Assembly (NCBI GenBank): GCA_049578105.1
Contig: JBAULI010000017.1
Coordinates: 3-64,002 of the forward strand
DNA length: 64,000 bases
Source: Acidimicrobiia bacterium
GTDB taxonomy: Bacteria > Actinomycetota > Acidimicrobiia > Spongiisociales > ZC4RG35
Direction of reading: 5' to 3'
The first letter of the stretch is position 1, and each line of letters starts with the position of its first letter. Shown here one piece after another: positions 1-9,492 of this stretch. The position numbers and the translations under genes are program-made. A model generated the notes under the pieces. The model saw nothing but the letters and a program-made list of their open reading frames with translations. It had not been told where the DNA came from and searched no databases.

Positions 1-498
1 GGGGAGAAACCCCATCTCAGCGTGGTGGCCGATCTCGACGCCCTCCAGGGTGTGGCCGGCGGGTTACATGAGACCGAAACCGGACAGGTGCTCACCGTCT
101 CTCAAATCCGGGCACTTGCCTGTGACTCGTCGGTGAGCCGGATCGTCCTCAACCCAGACTCGGAGATCATCGACATCGGACGGAAAACCCGGGTGATCCC
201 CACCGCCCTAAGACGGGCCATCATCATCCGGGATGGCCATTGCACCTGGCAGGGTGGCTGCGACCGTCCCGCCCGCTGGTGTGACATCCACCACGACCAG
301 CATTGGGCCGACGGAGGAGAAACCAGCCTCCACAACTGTCGGCTCCTCTGCCGCTACCACCACACACTCACCCACCAACTCGAACAACAGGCCGGACGGC
401 CCCAAAGACAATGGGCGAGGTGGCACACACGAGAGACCAGCCTCCTTCCTGCAGGTTTCGACTTGGCCCGTCGCCCACAGCTGGTGCGAAGGGATTGA
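1..498 (+). CDS. HNH endonuclease, DUF222/13E12-repeat family; C-terminal part, 5' end outside the window
   Basis: Frame 1 is open from nt 1 (GEKPHLSVVADLDALQG...). The C-terminus carries the HNH motif IRDGHCTWQGGCDRPARWCDIHHDQHWADGGETSLHNCRLLCRYHH, typical of actinobacterial DUF222-HNH proteins. Confidence 0.7.
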   Translation, partial: GEKPHLSVVADLDALQGVAGGLHETETGQVLTVSQIRALACDSSVSRIVLNPDSEIIDIGRKTRVIPTALRRAIIIRDGHCTWQGGCDRPARWCDIHHDQHWADGGETSLHNCRLLCRYHHTLTHQLEQQAGRPQRQWARWHTRETSLLPAGFDLARRPQLVRRD

Positions 499-574
499 GC
501 CCCCCGGGGTCTGGGGGCATGTCGATCGGTGACTTCGACGCCGTTGAGTGTCAGCGGTAGCTGACCGAGGGCAT

Positions 575-1591
575 CTAACCCGACCAGCGAACGACGATCT
601 CGCGTTGGAGATTGGGAATGGGCAGTGAGGTGGCTTCCTCGGCGATTGCATCTCGGGTCTTTCGACCGAGCTTGCTCCAGCTCTCCAATGTGACCGAGTG
701 GTTGGCTCGACGCCATGTCCCCACTATCTCACCCTCGGCGAGGATGGCGCCCGGCCAGACCCGAGGAGTCCACAGCAGGGGCCGGTTTCGAGCATCCGGC
801 ACCAGGAGCTCGCGGTCGTCACCCCAGCAGAGAAAATATGAGTCGCCACTCGGCAACAGGCGAGGGGTAGACGGTGGTCCCGCTGGGGCGAGGACCGTCT
901 CGACATCGCTGGTGAGCAGCCAGGCTTCGCCGATGGGGGTTCGGACCTGTGTCAGCTCGCTCCCGAGCGCCTCGAACGCATCCATGCCCGACGGTGTCTT
1001 GATCCCGGCCCACTTTGCGAAGGAAATGGCGGTGCTCGGGCCGAATACGTGCAGGTATCGGCGAGCCAGCTCGAGACGGGCGTCCTTTGGGTCGATCGAT
1101 GGTGCCGGCACCGTGTGAATGGTGGGCTGTCGGGCGCCCTCCCAGCGGATGGCGATCGTGCCCGTGGGTGCTGCGTTCCTGAGGTAGTTGGGATGCTCAC
1201 CCAATGCGCGGCCGGCCTGGGCATAGGTCATGCTTCGGCCATCGAGTAGTCGACTCAGACGTGTGGCCAGGTCTTCCGAGAGACGCCGTTTCGCAGGGTC
1301 GTCGGAGAGCCGTCCCAGAGAGAAGATCCCGAAGTCGCGCTTCGACACCACATAGGCGCTGAATCGCGGTCCCCAGAGCTGTGTCAACTCCGGGTCTTCC
1401 CACGCGGTGGGCCGGGTCCCCTCGACTCGAGCATGTATCGACAACAGTGCCGCACGCGGCATGCTGTCCTGCAGCCCGGCCCACGCCGCCTGGTGAAGTG
1501 AGGGACCTCCCTGTTGCATACGAGTGTCCAAGGTGCCCGCCCGGCGACGGAAGGCGAGGATCCGGGAGCGATCGAGGATGAGAGGGGTCAT
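575..1591 (-). CDS. Winged-helix DNA-binding domain protein (YcaQ/AlkZ-like, DUF1006 family; putative crosslink-repair DNA glycosylase)
   Basis: 338-aa ORF, with the ATG at 1591 chosen inside the longer track ORF (575..1663). Overall composition and length resemble the YcaQ/AlkZ family. The family assignment is from memory only. Confidence 0.45.
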   Translation of the reverse strand: MTPLILDRSRILAFRRRAGTLDTRMQQGGPSLHQAAWAGLQDSMPRAALLSIHARVEGTRPTAWEDPELTQLWGPRFSAYVVSKRDFGIFSLGRLSDDPAKRRLSEDLATRLSRLLDGRSMTYAQAGRALGEHPNYLRNAAPTGTIAIRWEGARQPTIHTVPAPSIDPKDARLELARRYLHVFGPSTAISFAKWAGIKTPSGMDAFEALGSELTQVRTPIGEAWLLTSDVETVLAPAGPPSTPRLLPSGDSYFLCWGDDRELLVPDARNRPLLWTPRVWPGAILAEGEIVGTWRRANHSVTLESWSKLGRKTRDAIAEEATSLPIPNLQREIVVRWSG

Positions 1592-1668
1592 TTCGCGATT
1601 CTGCCTGCTTCGGCGGGGCGAGGACGCCGTGGGCTCGGGGCTACGGATTTTGGCGAGCCTCAACGCGG

Positions 1669-2124
1669 CTAATCGATCTCCTCGACATCGATCACGTCTC
1701 CCGGGTATTCGGTCGGCCCCCGGGCGGTGGTGAAAACGGTCACCCGGTTGGAAAAGCGCTTGGTGACGAAGTCATAGACATAGCCGCGCACGAAGGGAAC
1801 CAACAGCAAGAACCCCAAGGTATCGGTGATGAATCCGGGTGAGATGAGAAATGCTCCGGCAACGAGGATCGAGGCGCCATCGACCAGCTCCCGGCCCGGC
1901 AGTCTCCCCTGGCTCCATTTGCCCTGGATACGACTCAGCACGGAGATCCCCGCCCTCCGCACCAGATAGGACCCGATCAGGGCGGTGGCGACTGCGAGCC
2001 CAAGCGCCCAGCCCAGACCTATCCAGGATCCGACCAAGAAGAAGGTCAGCATCTCGGCGATGGCGACGAGGGCGAAGAACGAGAGAAACCTCACAAACCC
2101 AACGCTACCGGTGAATTGGAACAA
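1669..2124 (-). CDS. fxsA: FxsA family membrane protein
   Basis: Two to three TM helices and the conserved PGFITDTLGFLLLVP motif of FxsA/UPF0716. Confidence 0.75.
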   Translation of the reverse strand: MFQFTGSVGFVRFLSFFALVAIAEMLTFFLVGSWIGLGWALGLAVATALIGSYLVRRAGISVLSRIQGKWSQGRLPGRELVDGASILVAGAFLISPGFITDTLGFLLLVPFVRGYVYDFVTKRFSNRVTVFTTARGPTEYPGDVIDVEEID

Positions 2125-2248
2125 TTGGTGTGTCGGAGGTGTTGGGCCTTCAGACCGGGTAACGCTTATACTCGGTCGGACAACAGGACGCTTTTAACCA
2201 GGTGGGCGCCTTTGGCACCCACCTGAATTGTTGTGGAGTGACCGAGAA

Positions 2249-2719
2249 ATGACGACTGTTACGGACATTTGGACGGTGGTGGAGCCGTATCTCGCCGCCG
2301 AGCACCTCGAGCTGGATGACCTCGAGATGCTGGGTCGCGGGCCTGGTCAACTACTCAGAGTGGTCGTCGATGGTGAGGGTGTGAACATCGATCGTCTCGC
2401 CGACGTATCAAGGGGCATCTCGAGGTTGCTCGACAACGAGATCGAGTTGGCCGAGTCCTATCAGCTCGAGGTGACATCACCCGGGTTGGAGAGGAATCTG
2501 CGTCGCCCGGCCCATTATCGCAAGTCACTTGGCCGTGAAGTGGTGGTCAAGATCGCCGACGGTGACCTGAAGACCACTCTGCGTGGGACGGTGACCGACG
2601 CAGGCGACGACTTCTTCGTCGTCGAGGCCGACGGTGAGCCGGTCACAGTCGATTATGAGGACGTGCTCACCGCCAAGACGGTGTTCCGGTGGGAGAAGGC
2701 CCCGAAGCCGGGCCACTGA
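2249..2719 (+). CDS. rimP: Ribosome maturation factor RimP
   Basis: The N-terminal ...VEPYLAAEHLELDDLEM...LLRVVVD... and C-terminal Sm-like/KH part match RimP. The gene lies immediately upstream of nusA. The ATG at 2249 (MTTVTD) is preferred over the longer track ORF. Confidence 0.85.
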   Translation: MTTVTDIWTVVEPYLAAEHLELDDLEMLGRGPGQLLRVVVDGEGVNIDRLADVSRGISRLLDNEIELAESYQLEVTSPGLERNLRRPAHYRKSLGREVVVKIADGDLKTTLRGTVTDAGDDFFVVEADGEPVTVDYEDVLTAKTVFRWEKAPKPGH

Positions 2720-2728
2720 AGGAGAATC

Positions 2729-4036
2729 ATGCAGCTCGACACGATGATGGAGGCCATTGAGGTGCTCGCACGCGAGCGTGGTGTCGCGGTCGACACCATC
2801 CTCGATGCGTTCGCCAATGCCCTGGTTGCCGCCTACAAGCGGAGCCCCGGCGCGGCCGAGGAGGCCAGGGTCACCATCGATCCCGACTCGGGCGAGGTGA
2901 TCGTTTACGCGCAGGAGCTCGACGAGGATGGCAACGTGACCTCGGAGTGGGAAGACACCCCCGAGGGTGAGGCCTTCGGGCGCATTGCGGCGCAGTCTTT
3001 CAAGCAGGTCATGCAGCACAAGCTTCGCGAGGCGAAGCGAGAGCACGTATACGAGATGTACGAAGGGCGGGAGGGCGATCTCGTGACGGGTCTGGTCCAG
3101 CAGGTGGATTACCGATCGGTCATCCTCGACCTGGGTGACGCCGAAGCGATACTCCCCGGATCGGAGCGGATCCCATTCGAGCGTCTCGAGCGTGGCAACC
3201 GTGTCAAGGCGCTGATCCTCGAGGTGCGAAACGAGCCGAAAGGCGCTCAGATAGTCGTGTCCCGTTCCCACCCCGACCTGGTCCGGCGGCTGCTCGAGCT
3301 CGAAGTCCCCGAGTTGACCGACGGGACGGTCGAAATCGTCAACATCGCCCGTGAGCCCGGGCATCGGACCAAGATCGCGGTGATTTCCAACGATCCCAAC
3401 GTCGACCCCAAGGGCGCCTGTGTCGGCGGCAGGGGATCACGGGTCCGTCAGGTGGTCAACGAGCTCCGGGGCGAGAAGGTCGACGTGGTGCAATGGCGTG
3501 ACGACATCGGCCAGTTCATCGCCGAAGCCCTCGGCCCGGCCAAGGTGAAAGAAGTCCACATCGACGAGGAGACGAAGACCGCCGACGTCGTCGTGTCCGA
3601 GCATCAGCTCTCCCTTGCCATCGGCAAGGAAGGTCAGAATGCGAGATTGGCGGCGCGTCTCTCCGGATACAAGGTCGACATTCGATCGGACCAGCCAGAG
3701 ACAGTCGAGGTGCCCGAGGAGCCGGCGGCCGCCGAGACCACCGAGCCCGCGGGAGATTCGGCCCCAACCGAGTCGCCGGCAGATGATGGAGCTTCTCCGG
3801 AGAGCCCCGTGGAGGAGACCACAACCGCCGGGGACCCGACGCCCGAGTCTGATGACGCCGAGGGGGCCGCCACCGCCGAAAGTGTCGACGAGATCGAGAC
3901 GGCAGAGCCGGCGCTCGCCGAAGACGATGCCGGCGAGGGCCTCTCGGATGTGGCACAGGAAGCGGAGAACGTGGAGGATGTGGGCGGCGAAGACGAGACG
4001 ATCGAGGCCGGCCAGGATGACGACGAGAGCGAATGA
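2729..4036 (+). CDS. nusA: Transcription termination/antitermination factor NusA, with an acidic C-terminal extension
   Basis: Conserved NusA N-terminal, S1 and KH domains (…GDLVTGLVQQVDYRSVILDLGDAEAILP…, …KGACVGGRGSRVRQVVNELRGEKVDVV…) followed by a D/E-rich tail. Classic rimP-nusA-infB context. Confidence 0.9.
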   Translation: MQLDTMMEAIEVLARERGVAVDTILDAFANALVAAYKRSPGAAEEARVTIDPDSGEVIVYAQELDEDGNVTSEWEDTPEGEAFGRIAAQSFKQVMQHKLREAKREHVYEMYEGREGDLVTGLVQQVDYRSVILDLGDAEAILPGSERIPFERLERGNRVKALILEVRNEPKGAQIVVSRSHPDLVRRLLELEVPELTDGTVEIVNIAREPGHRTKIAVISNDPNVDPKGACVGGRGSRVRQVVNELRGEKVDVVQWRDDIGQFIAEALGPAKVKEVHIDEETKTADVVVSEHQLSLAIGKEGQNARLAARLSGYKVDIRSDQPETVEVPEEPAAAETTEPAGDSAPTESPADDGASPESPVEETTTAGDPTPESDDAEGAATAESVDEIETAEPALAEDDAGEGLSDVAQEAENVEDVGGEDETIEAGQDDDESE

Positions 4037-4049
4037 GGGTTTTTGAAGC

Positions 4050-6074
4050 GTGAGGGTTTATGAACTGGCCCGTGAGCTTGGCCTGGACTCGAAGGATCTC
4101 CTTCAACAGGCCCAGGACCTGGGCATCGAAGTAAAGACGGCATCTTCGGGCTTGGATGATGAGGCCGCCGAGTTGCTGAAGCTGGCAGTGGCCGGTGACG
4201 AGGCCGTGTCCGCCGAAACGGAAGCGCCCGAGCCCGAGCCGGAGTCGCAGCCGCAGGCGGTGGAGGAGAAGGTGGCAGCGCCGTCATCGCCGCCCCCGGC
4301 GGTGGAGAAGCCGGCGGATGTGAAGATCGTCTCGATACCGCCCGGGGCCACGGTCGCCGAGTTCGCCGAGGCCATCGGGATATCGCCGACCGACGTCGTG
4401 ACCGAGCTCCTCATGCGGGGACAACCGGTAGGGGTTGGCCAGCCGATGCCGGCGTCCCTTGTCGAGCCCGTTGCAGAATCCTTTGGTTACATGGTGGACG
4501 TGGAGGCTCCGCCACCGGCTCCGGCGGTCGCCGAACAGCCGGTATTCGAAGATGAAGATTCCACCCTGGTCGGGCGTCCACCAGTTGTCACCGTGATGGG
4601 TCATGTCGATCATGGCAAGACGACGCTTCTCGACACGATTCGCAAGGCAAGCGTCGCCCAGGGCGAGCAAGGTGGCATCACACAGCACATCGGGGCATAC
4701 CAGGTCGAGGTCAACGGCCACCCGATCACCTTCATCGACACTCCGGGGCACGAGGCGTTCACCGCCCTCCGCGCCCGCGGTGCCAACATCACGGACATCG
4801 TCGTCCTCGTCGTCGCTGCCAACGACGGTGTGAAGCCGCAAACGGTGGAGGCCATCTCGCACGCCAAGGCCGCAGGCGTCAAGATGATCGTCGCCATCAA
4901 CAAGATGGACATGCCGGGCGCCGACCCCTTGAGGGTGCGTACCGAGCTGACCGAGCACGACGTCATCACCGAGGAGCTCGGCGGTGACATCCCCAGCGTC
5001 GAGATCTCGGCCATCAACGGCAATGGGGTGGATGACTTGCTCGATGTGATCGATCTGATCTCCCAACTCGAGGACTTCCGGGCAAATCCGGACGCCAATG
5101 CGTCGGGAGTGATAGTCGAGGCCCAGTTGGAGAAGGGCAAGGGAGCCGTGGCAACTGCCATCGTTCAGCGTGGCACCTTGAGGCAAGGCGACTCGTTCGT
5201 CGCCGGCGCAGCTTCAGGGCGGGCCCGAGCCTTGATGAACGAGGACGGTGACCAGATAAAGAGTGCCGGCCCGTCATCACCGGTTCAGATAATGGGTTGG
5301 GACGAGGTCCCCAGCGCCGGCGATTTCCTGGAAGTGGTCGAAGACGATCGTGAGGCCCGACGGATCGCCGCCGAGCGTCAGGAGGAGGAGAAGCTGGCCA
5401 GCCAGGCGATGCCATCGGCTCGTGATCGTCTCGAATCCCTGCTCGAGCAGCTTCGCTCCGAGGAGGCGACCCTGAACGTGATCGTGAAGGCAGACGCCCA
5501 GGGATCACTCGAGGCGTTACGTGATTCGATCGCCAAGATCGAGCGCGAGGGAGGTCGGATCCAGATCGTGCACGGGGCGGTCGGTGGCATCAACGAGAAC
5601 GACGTGACTCTGGCCGAGGTCACCGACTCGGTCGTCGTCGGCTTCAACGTCAGACCCGAGCCAAAGGCGAGGAAGGCTGCCGAAGCGGCTGGCGTCCAGG
5701 TCCGCACCTACGGCATCATCTATGAGCTCCTCGACGAGATCGAGCAACTGCTGGTAGGCCAGCTGGCACCCGATGAGGAAGAGCAGGTGCTCGGCACGGC
5801 GGAGGTTCGAGCCATCTTCAAGGTCCCACGCGCCGGCACGGTCGCCGGCTGCTATGTGGTCGAGGGTGTCGTGCAGCGCGGCGCCAAGGCCCGGCTGCTT
5901 CGGGATGGCGTGGTCATCCACGATGGGATCATCTCGTCGCTCAAGCGGTTCAAGGACGACGTGCGTGAGGTGGCTGCCGGCTTCGAGTGTGGCATGGGAT
6001 TCGAGAACTACAACGACATCAAGGAAGGCGACAGCATCGAGGTCTACCTGATTCGCGAGGTGGCCCGCACCTGA
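4050..6074 (+). CDS. infB: Translation initiation factor IF-2
   Basis: GTG start. N-terminal MRVYELARELGL... domain, low-complexity linker, G domain (VVTVMGHVDHGKTTLLD, DTPGHEAF, NKMD) and the C-terminal IF-2 domains. Confidence 0.95.
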   Translation: MRVYELARELGLDSKDLLQQAQDLGIEVKTASSGLDDEAAELLKLAVAGDEAVSAETEAPEPEPESQPQAVEEKVAAPSSPPPAVEKPADVKIVSIPPGATVAEFAEAIGISPTDVVTELLMRGQPVGVGQPMPASLVEPVAESFGYMVDVEAPPPAPAVAEQPVFEDEDSTLVGRPPVVTVMGHVDHGKTTLLDTIRKASVAQGEQGGITQHIGAYQVEVNGHPITFIDTPGHEAFTALRARGANITDIVVLVVAANDGVKPQTVEAISHAKAAGVKMIVAINKMDMPGADPLRVRTELTEHDVITEELGGDIPSVEISAINGNGVDDLLDVIDLISQLEDFRANPDANASGVIVEAQLEKGKGAVATAIVQRGTLRQGDSFVAGAASGRARALMNEDGDQIKSAGPSSPVQIMGWDEVPSAGDFLEVVEDDREARRIAAERQEEEKLASQAMPSARDRLESLLEQLRSEEATLNVIVKADAQGSLEALRDSIAKIEREGGRIQIVHGAVGGINENDVTLAEVTDSVVVGFNVRPEPKARKAAEAAGVQVRTYGIIYELLDEIEQLLVGQLAPDEEEQVLGTAEVRAIFKVPRAGTVAGCYVVEGVVQRGAKARLLRDGVVIHDGIISSLKRFKDDVREVAAGFECGMGFENYNDIKEGDSIEVYLIREVART

Positions 6075-6367
6075 TGCGAGCTGCGGCCTTGAAGGTCGAG
6101 CTGCACTTGCCGAACCCTCGATCGCTCAAGGCGAAGCGGGCCGTGCTGAGACCACTTGTAGAGGGGCTGAAACGACTGGGCTCCTACAGCGTCGCCGAGG
6201 TGGATCATCACGATTCGTGGCAGCGTGCCGCCATCGGGATCGCCATCGTCGCTCCCGACGGGCGGAGTCTGGCGATGCAGGTCTCGAAGCTTCATCGCTA
6301 CCTTGATGCCCAGCCCGAGGCAGACGTCCTGGAGATCCTGATGAGCGAGATAGAGGAGCCGGAATGA
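6074..6367 (+). CDS. DUF503 (YlxP-like) protein
   Basis: MRAAALKVELHLPNPRSLKAKRAVLRPLVEGLKRLGSYSVAEVDHHDSWQRAAIGIAIV matches the DUF503 family typically found between infB and rbfA. The ATG overlaps the infB stop (ATGA). Confidence 0.7.
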   Translation: MRAAALKVELHLPNPRSLKAKRAVLRPLVEGLKRLGSYSVAEVDHHDSWQRAAIGIAIVAPDGRSLAMQVSKLHRYLDAQPEADVLEILMSEIEEPE

Positions 6368-6726
6368 GTGGGGCAAGCCCACGCATGCTCAAGGTCAACT
6401 CCACCATCAAGCAGGTCCTCGCCGAGGAGATCGAGCGTCTCAACGACACGAGGCTCGATCTGGTGTCGGTGACGGCGGTAGACACCAGCCCGGATCTGCG
6501 ACATGCCATGGTATTCATCGACGTTCTCGGCTCGGATCGGACCGACGACGCCCTGGCGGCATTGAAGAAGGCCTCGAGACGTCTGCAGTCCGCCATCGGT
6601 AAGCAGGTGAGGATGAAGTTCACGCCGACTCTCGAGTTCATGGTGGATCCCGGAGTCATAGCCGGGGAGCGTATCGAGTCGATCTTGCGTGAGATCGACC
6701 AGGGGAGAGACGACGAAGATGAATGA
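6364..6726 (+). CDS. rbfA: Ribosome-binding factor A
   Basis: MLKVNSTIKQVLAEEIERLNDTRLDLVSVTAVDTSPDLRHAMVFIDVLG is a typical RbfA KH-like sequence. 4-nt overlap with the upstream gene. Confidence 0.85.
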   Translation: MSGASPRMLKVNSTIKQVLAEEIERLNDTRLDLVSVTAVDTSPDLRHAMVFIDVLGSDRTDDALAALKKASRRLQSAIGKQVRMKFTPTLEFMVDPGVIAGERIESILREIDQGRDDEDE

Positions 6727-7690
6727 GCAGAGAGCGATGGAGGCGGCCGCCGAGGCGATCATGGCGGCCGACGACTTGGCACTGGCCTGCCATGTCGGGC
6801 CGGATGGAGACGCGCTCGGCTCGATGATCGGGTTCGGCATGGCGGCGAGAAATGCCGGAAAGACCGTCGTGGCCGGCTTTGGCTCGCCATTCAAGGTCCC
6901 CGGAAACCTCTCGTTCCTCCCCACCGACCTACTGGTTCATCCTGACGATTTTCCCAAAGAGCCTCGGACGATGGTGGTCTTCGATGCGGGTGTGAAGGAC
7001 CGTCTCGGGGAGCTGGGCTCTGCTGCCGGGCGCGCCGGCACCTTGATCGTGCTGGATCACCACGCCACCGGGAGTGACTTCGGCGACATCGCCGTGGTCG
7101 TGCCGGAGGCGGCAGCCACCGGGGTGCTCGTGGTTCGATTGCTGGACGAGCTCGGCTGGCCCATCACGCCCGAGGTGGCCACATGCCTCCACACCGCGAT
7201 CGTCACCGACACAGGGCGCTTTCAATACCAGGCCACCACCCCATACGTCTTCGAGCTCGCCGCCAGACTGGTGAGCGCAGGAGCCCGTCCCTCGGAGATC
7301 GGCGAGAAAGTCTACGAACAGGCTCCGTTCGGGTACCTGAAGGCCGCCGGTGCCGCTCTGAGCCGAGCGACGCTGGATCGTGAGCTCGGACTGGTCTCCA
7401 CCGTCATCACCGAACGCGAGCTCGACGAGGCCGGGATCGACTGGGGCGACATGGACAACTTGATCAACACGGTTCGATTGGCAGAAGAGGCCGATGTGGC
7501 CTTGGTCATAAAGGTCCACAACGACGGCCGGGTGAAGTTGAGCCTGCGGTCCCGAGGTGCCACGGACGTGGGCGGTCTCGCCGCCGCGATGGGAGGCGGG
7601 GGTCATCGATTGGCGGCCGGCGTGAACTACGCCGGGTCCGCCGAGTCAGCCCTCGACGAAGTCAGGAAGCGGATCGGAGACCACAGGTGA
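6719..7690 (+). CDS. nrnA: DHH/DHHA1 phosphoesterase (NrnA-like bifunctional oligoribonuclease / pAp phosphatase)
   Basis: N-terminal DHH motifs (ACHVGPDGDALGSM, LIVLDHHATG) and a C-terminal DHHA1-like GGGGH motif. Sits in the conserved position between rbfA and truB. Confidence 0.8.
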   Translation: MNEQRAMEAAAEAIMAADDLALACHVGPDGDALGSMIGFGMAARNAGKTVVAGFGSPFKVPGNLSFLPTDLLVHPDDFPKEPRTMVVFDAGVKDRLGELGSAAGRAGTLIVLDHHATGSDFGDIAVVVPEAAATGVLVVRLLDELGWPITPEVATCLHTAIVTDTGRFQYQATTPYVFELAARLVSAGARPSEIGEKVYEQAPFGYLKAAGAALSRATLDRELGLVSTVITERELDEAGIDWGDMDNLINTVRLAEEADVALVIKVHNDGRVKLSLRSRGATDVGGLAAAMGGGGHRLAAGVNYAGSAESALDEVRKRIGDHR

Positions 7691-8565
7691 CGAGGGGCTT
7701 CCTCGTGATCGACAAGCCGGGCGGGATGACCTCGACCGCCGTGGTTACGCGGGTGAAGAGGGCCACAGGGGCCAAGAAAGTCGGCCATGCGGGCACACTC
7801 GATCCGATGGCGACCGGGATGCTGGTCGTGGCACTCGGAAGAGCAACCCGGCTCATCCGCTACATACAGGACCAACCGAAGGAGTATCTGGCCACTGCGA
7901 TGTTCGGAGTCGCCACGGACACACTGGATTCGGACGGCGCCGTGATCTCTCGAGAGCCCATGAGTTTCACCATCGCCGAGCTCCGTGAAGTGGCTGCGCG
8001 GTTCGTGGGGACGACCCATCAGGTGCCCCCGATGGTCTCCGCTTTGAAGCATCAGGGCCGCCGGTTGTATGAGCTGGCGCGTCAGGGGGAGGTGATCGAG
8101 CGCGAAGCCCGTCCTGTGGAGATCCACGAGCTCGAGATATCGGCGGTCGGCACGGAGCCGTACCCGGAGGTGAAGTTCCGCGTCGTGTGCGGCAAGGGCA
8201 CCTATGTGCGCTCGCTGGCCGATGACCTCGCCGGCGCTCTCGGTGGGGCGGCTCATCTCACTGAGTTGCGCAGGACTCGGACCGGGGGGTTCGCCATCGA
8301 TCGTGACGGGATCTCGCTTCAGTCTCTCGAGGAGTGGCGTGACAGGATCATCGAGCCGGCCAAAGCCCTCGAAGACCTACCTGCGGTGACGGTGGGCGCC
8401 GAGACGACGCGGGGAGTCTGCAATGGCATGCCTTTCGTCGGTGGGGAGATGGTCGGGATGCCCGAGGATTCCGCTGTTCGTGTGCTCGACGCGACAGGAG
8501 CGCTGTTGGCCGTCTATCGGAGACGTGGCGACCAGGCCAGGCCCGAGGTGGTGATCGGCCCATGA
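7687..8565 (+). CDS. truB: tRNA pseudouridine(55) synthase TruB
   Basis: GFLVIDKPGGMTSTAVVTRVKR...GHAGTLDPMATGMLVVALGRATRL is the TruB catalytic-Asp motif region. C-terminal PUA-like region present. Confidence 0.9.
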   Translation: MTRGFLVIDKPGGMTSTAVVTRVKRATGAKKVGHAGTLDPMATGMLVVALGRATRLIRYIQDQPKEYLATAMFGVATDTLDSDGAVISREPMSFTIAELREVAARFVGTTHQVPPMVSALKHQGRRLYELARQGEVIEREARPVEIHELEISAVGTEPYPEVKFRVVCGKGTYVRSLADDLAGALGGAAHLTELRRTRTGGFAIDRDGISLQSLEEWRDRIIEPAKALEDLPAVTVGAETTRGVCNGMPFVGGEMVGMPEDSAVRVLDATGALLAVYRRRGDQARPEVVIGP

Positions 8566-9485
8566 GAGTCCTATCGGGACCGTGGCTCGAGTGGCCCGCG
8601 GTGCAGACTTCCACGGCGATCACCATCGGTGTCTTCGACGGTGTTCACCTGGGGCATAGAAGCCTGCTCAAGTCGGTGCTCGAGTCCGGGCTGACACCCG
8701 TGGTCCTGACATTCGATCCCCATCCGGCAGAGGTGTTGGCACCCGGCTCACATCCCCGACTGCTCACAACCGTCGACGAGAGGATCGAATTGCTCGGCAG
8801 CATGGGCATCGAGGTCGTGGGCGTACTCGACCTGGCCGAGATCAGGAGCTTCCCGCCCGAGAGATTCGTCGGCGAGGTCCTCATCGAGAAGCTGGGGATG
8901 TCCCATCTCGTGACGGGGACCGATTTCCACTTCGGAAGAGACCGGGCAGGCGACGTCGGTTTCCTCATGGCTGCCGGCGAGCGTCTTGGCTTTACGATGG
9001 ATGTCGTCGACCTCGAGGACCATGGAGGTGTGATCTCGTCGAGTCGGATCCGCGCTCTCGTCGAGGGAGGGGAGGTGGCCGAGGCGGCCGATCTCCTCGG
9101 GTCGGATTTCACGCTCACGAACATCGTCGTGACCGGTGACCGGCGTGGGAGGGAGCTCGGCTTCCCGACGGCAAACCTGGATCCGCCGGACCGGAAGGTC
9201 ATACCCGGACACGGCATATATGCCGGCAAGGCGCGTGTCGATGGTCGGTGGCACGCCGCCGCCATCAACGTCGGCGTCCGCCCGACGTTCGACGGGACGG
9301 GGATGGTCATCGAGGCCTACATCCTCGACTTCGACCGGGACCTGTATGGAGAGGCCCTCACACTCGAATTCGTCGAGAAGCTGCGCCCGGAGCTCAAATT
9401 CGACGATGTCGCCGATCTCATCTCGCAGATGAAGGTGGACGTCGAGATGGTCAGGGCAATCGTCGAAACGCCGGCGCAAGGGTGA
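8562..9485 (+). CDS. ribF: Bifunctional riboflavin kinase / FMN adenylyltransferase
   Basis: ITIGVFDGVHLGHRSLL (FAD-synthetase HxGH motif) and a C-terminal riboflavin kinase domain (…GFPTANLDPPD…YGEALTLEFVEKLRPE…). Confidence 0.9.
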   Translation: MRVLSGPWLEWPAVQTSTAITIGVFDGVHLGHRSLLKSVLESGLTPVVLTFDPHPAEVLAPGSHPRLLTTVDERIELLGSMGIEVVGVLDLAEIRSFPPERFVGEVLIEKLGMSHLVTGTDFHFGRDRAGDVGFLMAAGERLGFTMDVVDLEDHGGVISSSRIRALVEGGEVAEAADLLGSDFTLTNIVVTGDRRGRELGFPTANLDPPDRKVIPGHGIYAGKARVDGRWHAAAINVGVRPTFDGTGMVIEAYILDFDRDLYGEALTLEFVEKLRPELKFDDVADLISQMKVDVEMVRAIVETPAQG

Positions 9486-9492
9486 TTCCGAG

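Noticed and set aside
2170-2215. Imperfect hairpin GGTGGGCGCC-TTTG-GCACCCACC upstream of rimP
   Set aside because: Contains a C-A mismatch, has no U-tract and no upstream gene on that strand to terminate. Possibly part of the rimP promoter/leader, but unsupported.
3516-5186. Several 150-300-aa Arg/Pro/Ser-rich ORFs antisense to nusA and infB
   Set aside because: Typical GC-rich shadow ORFs, with biased R/P/S composition and complete overlap with well-supported genes.
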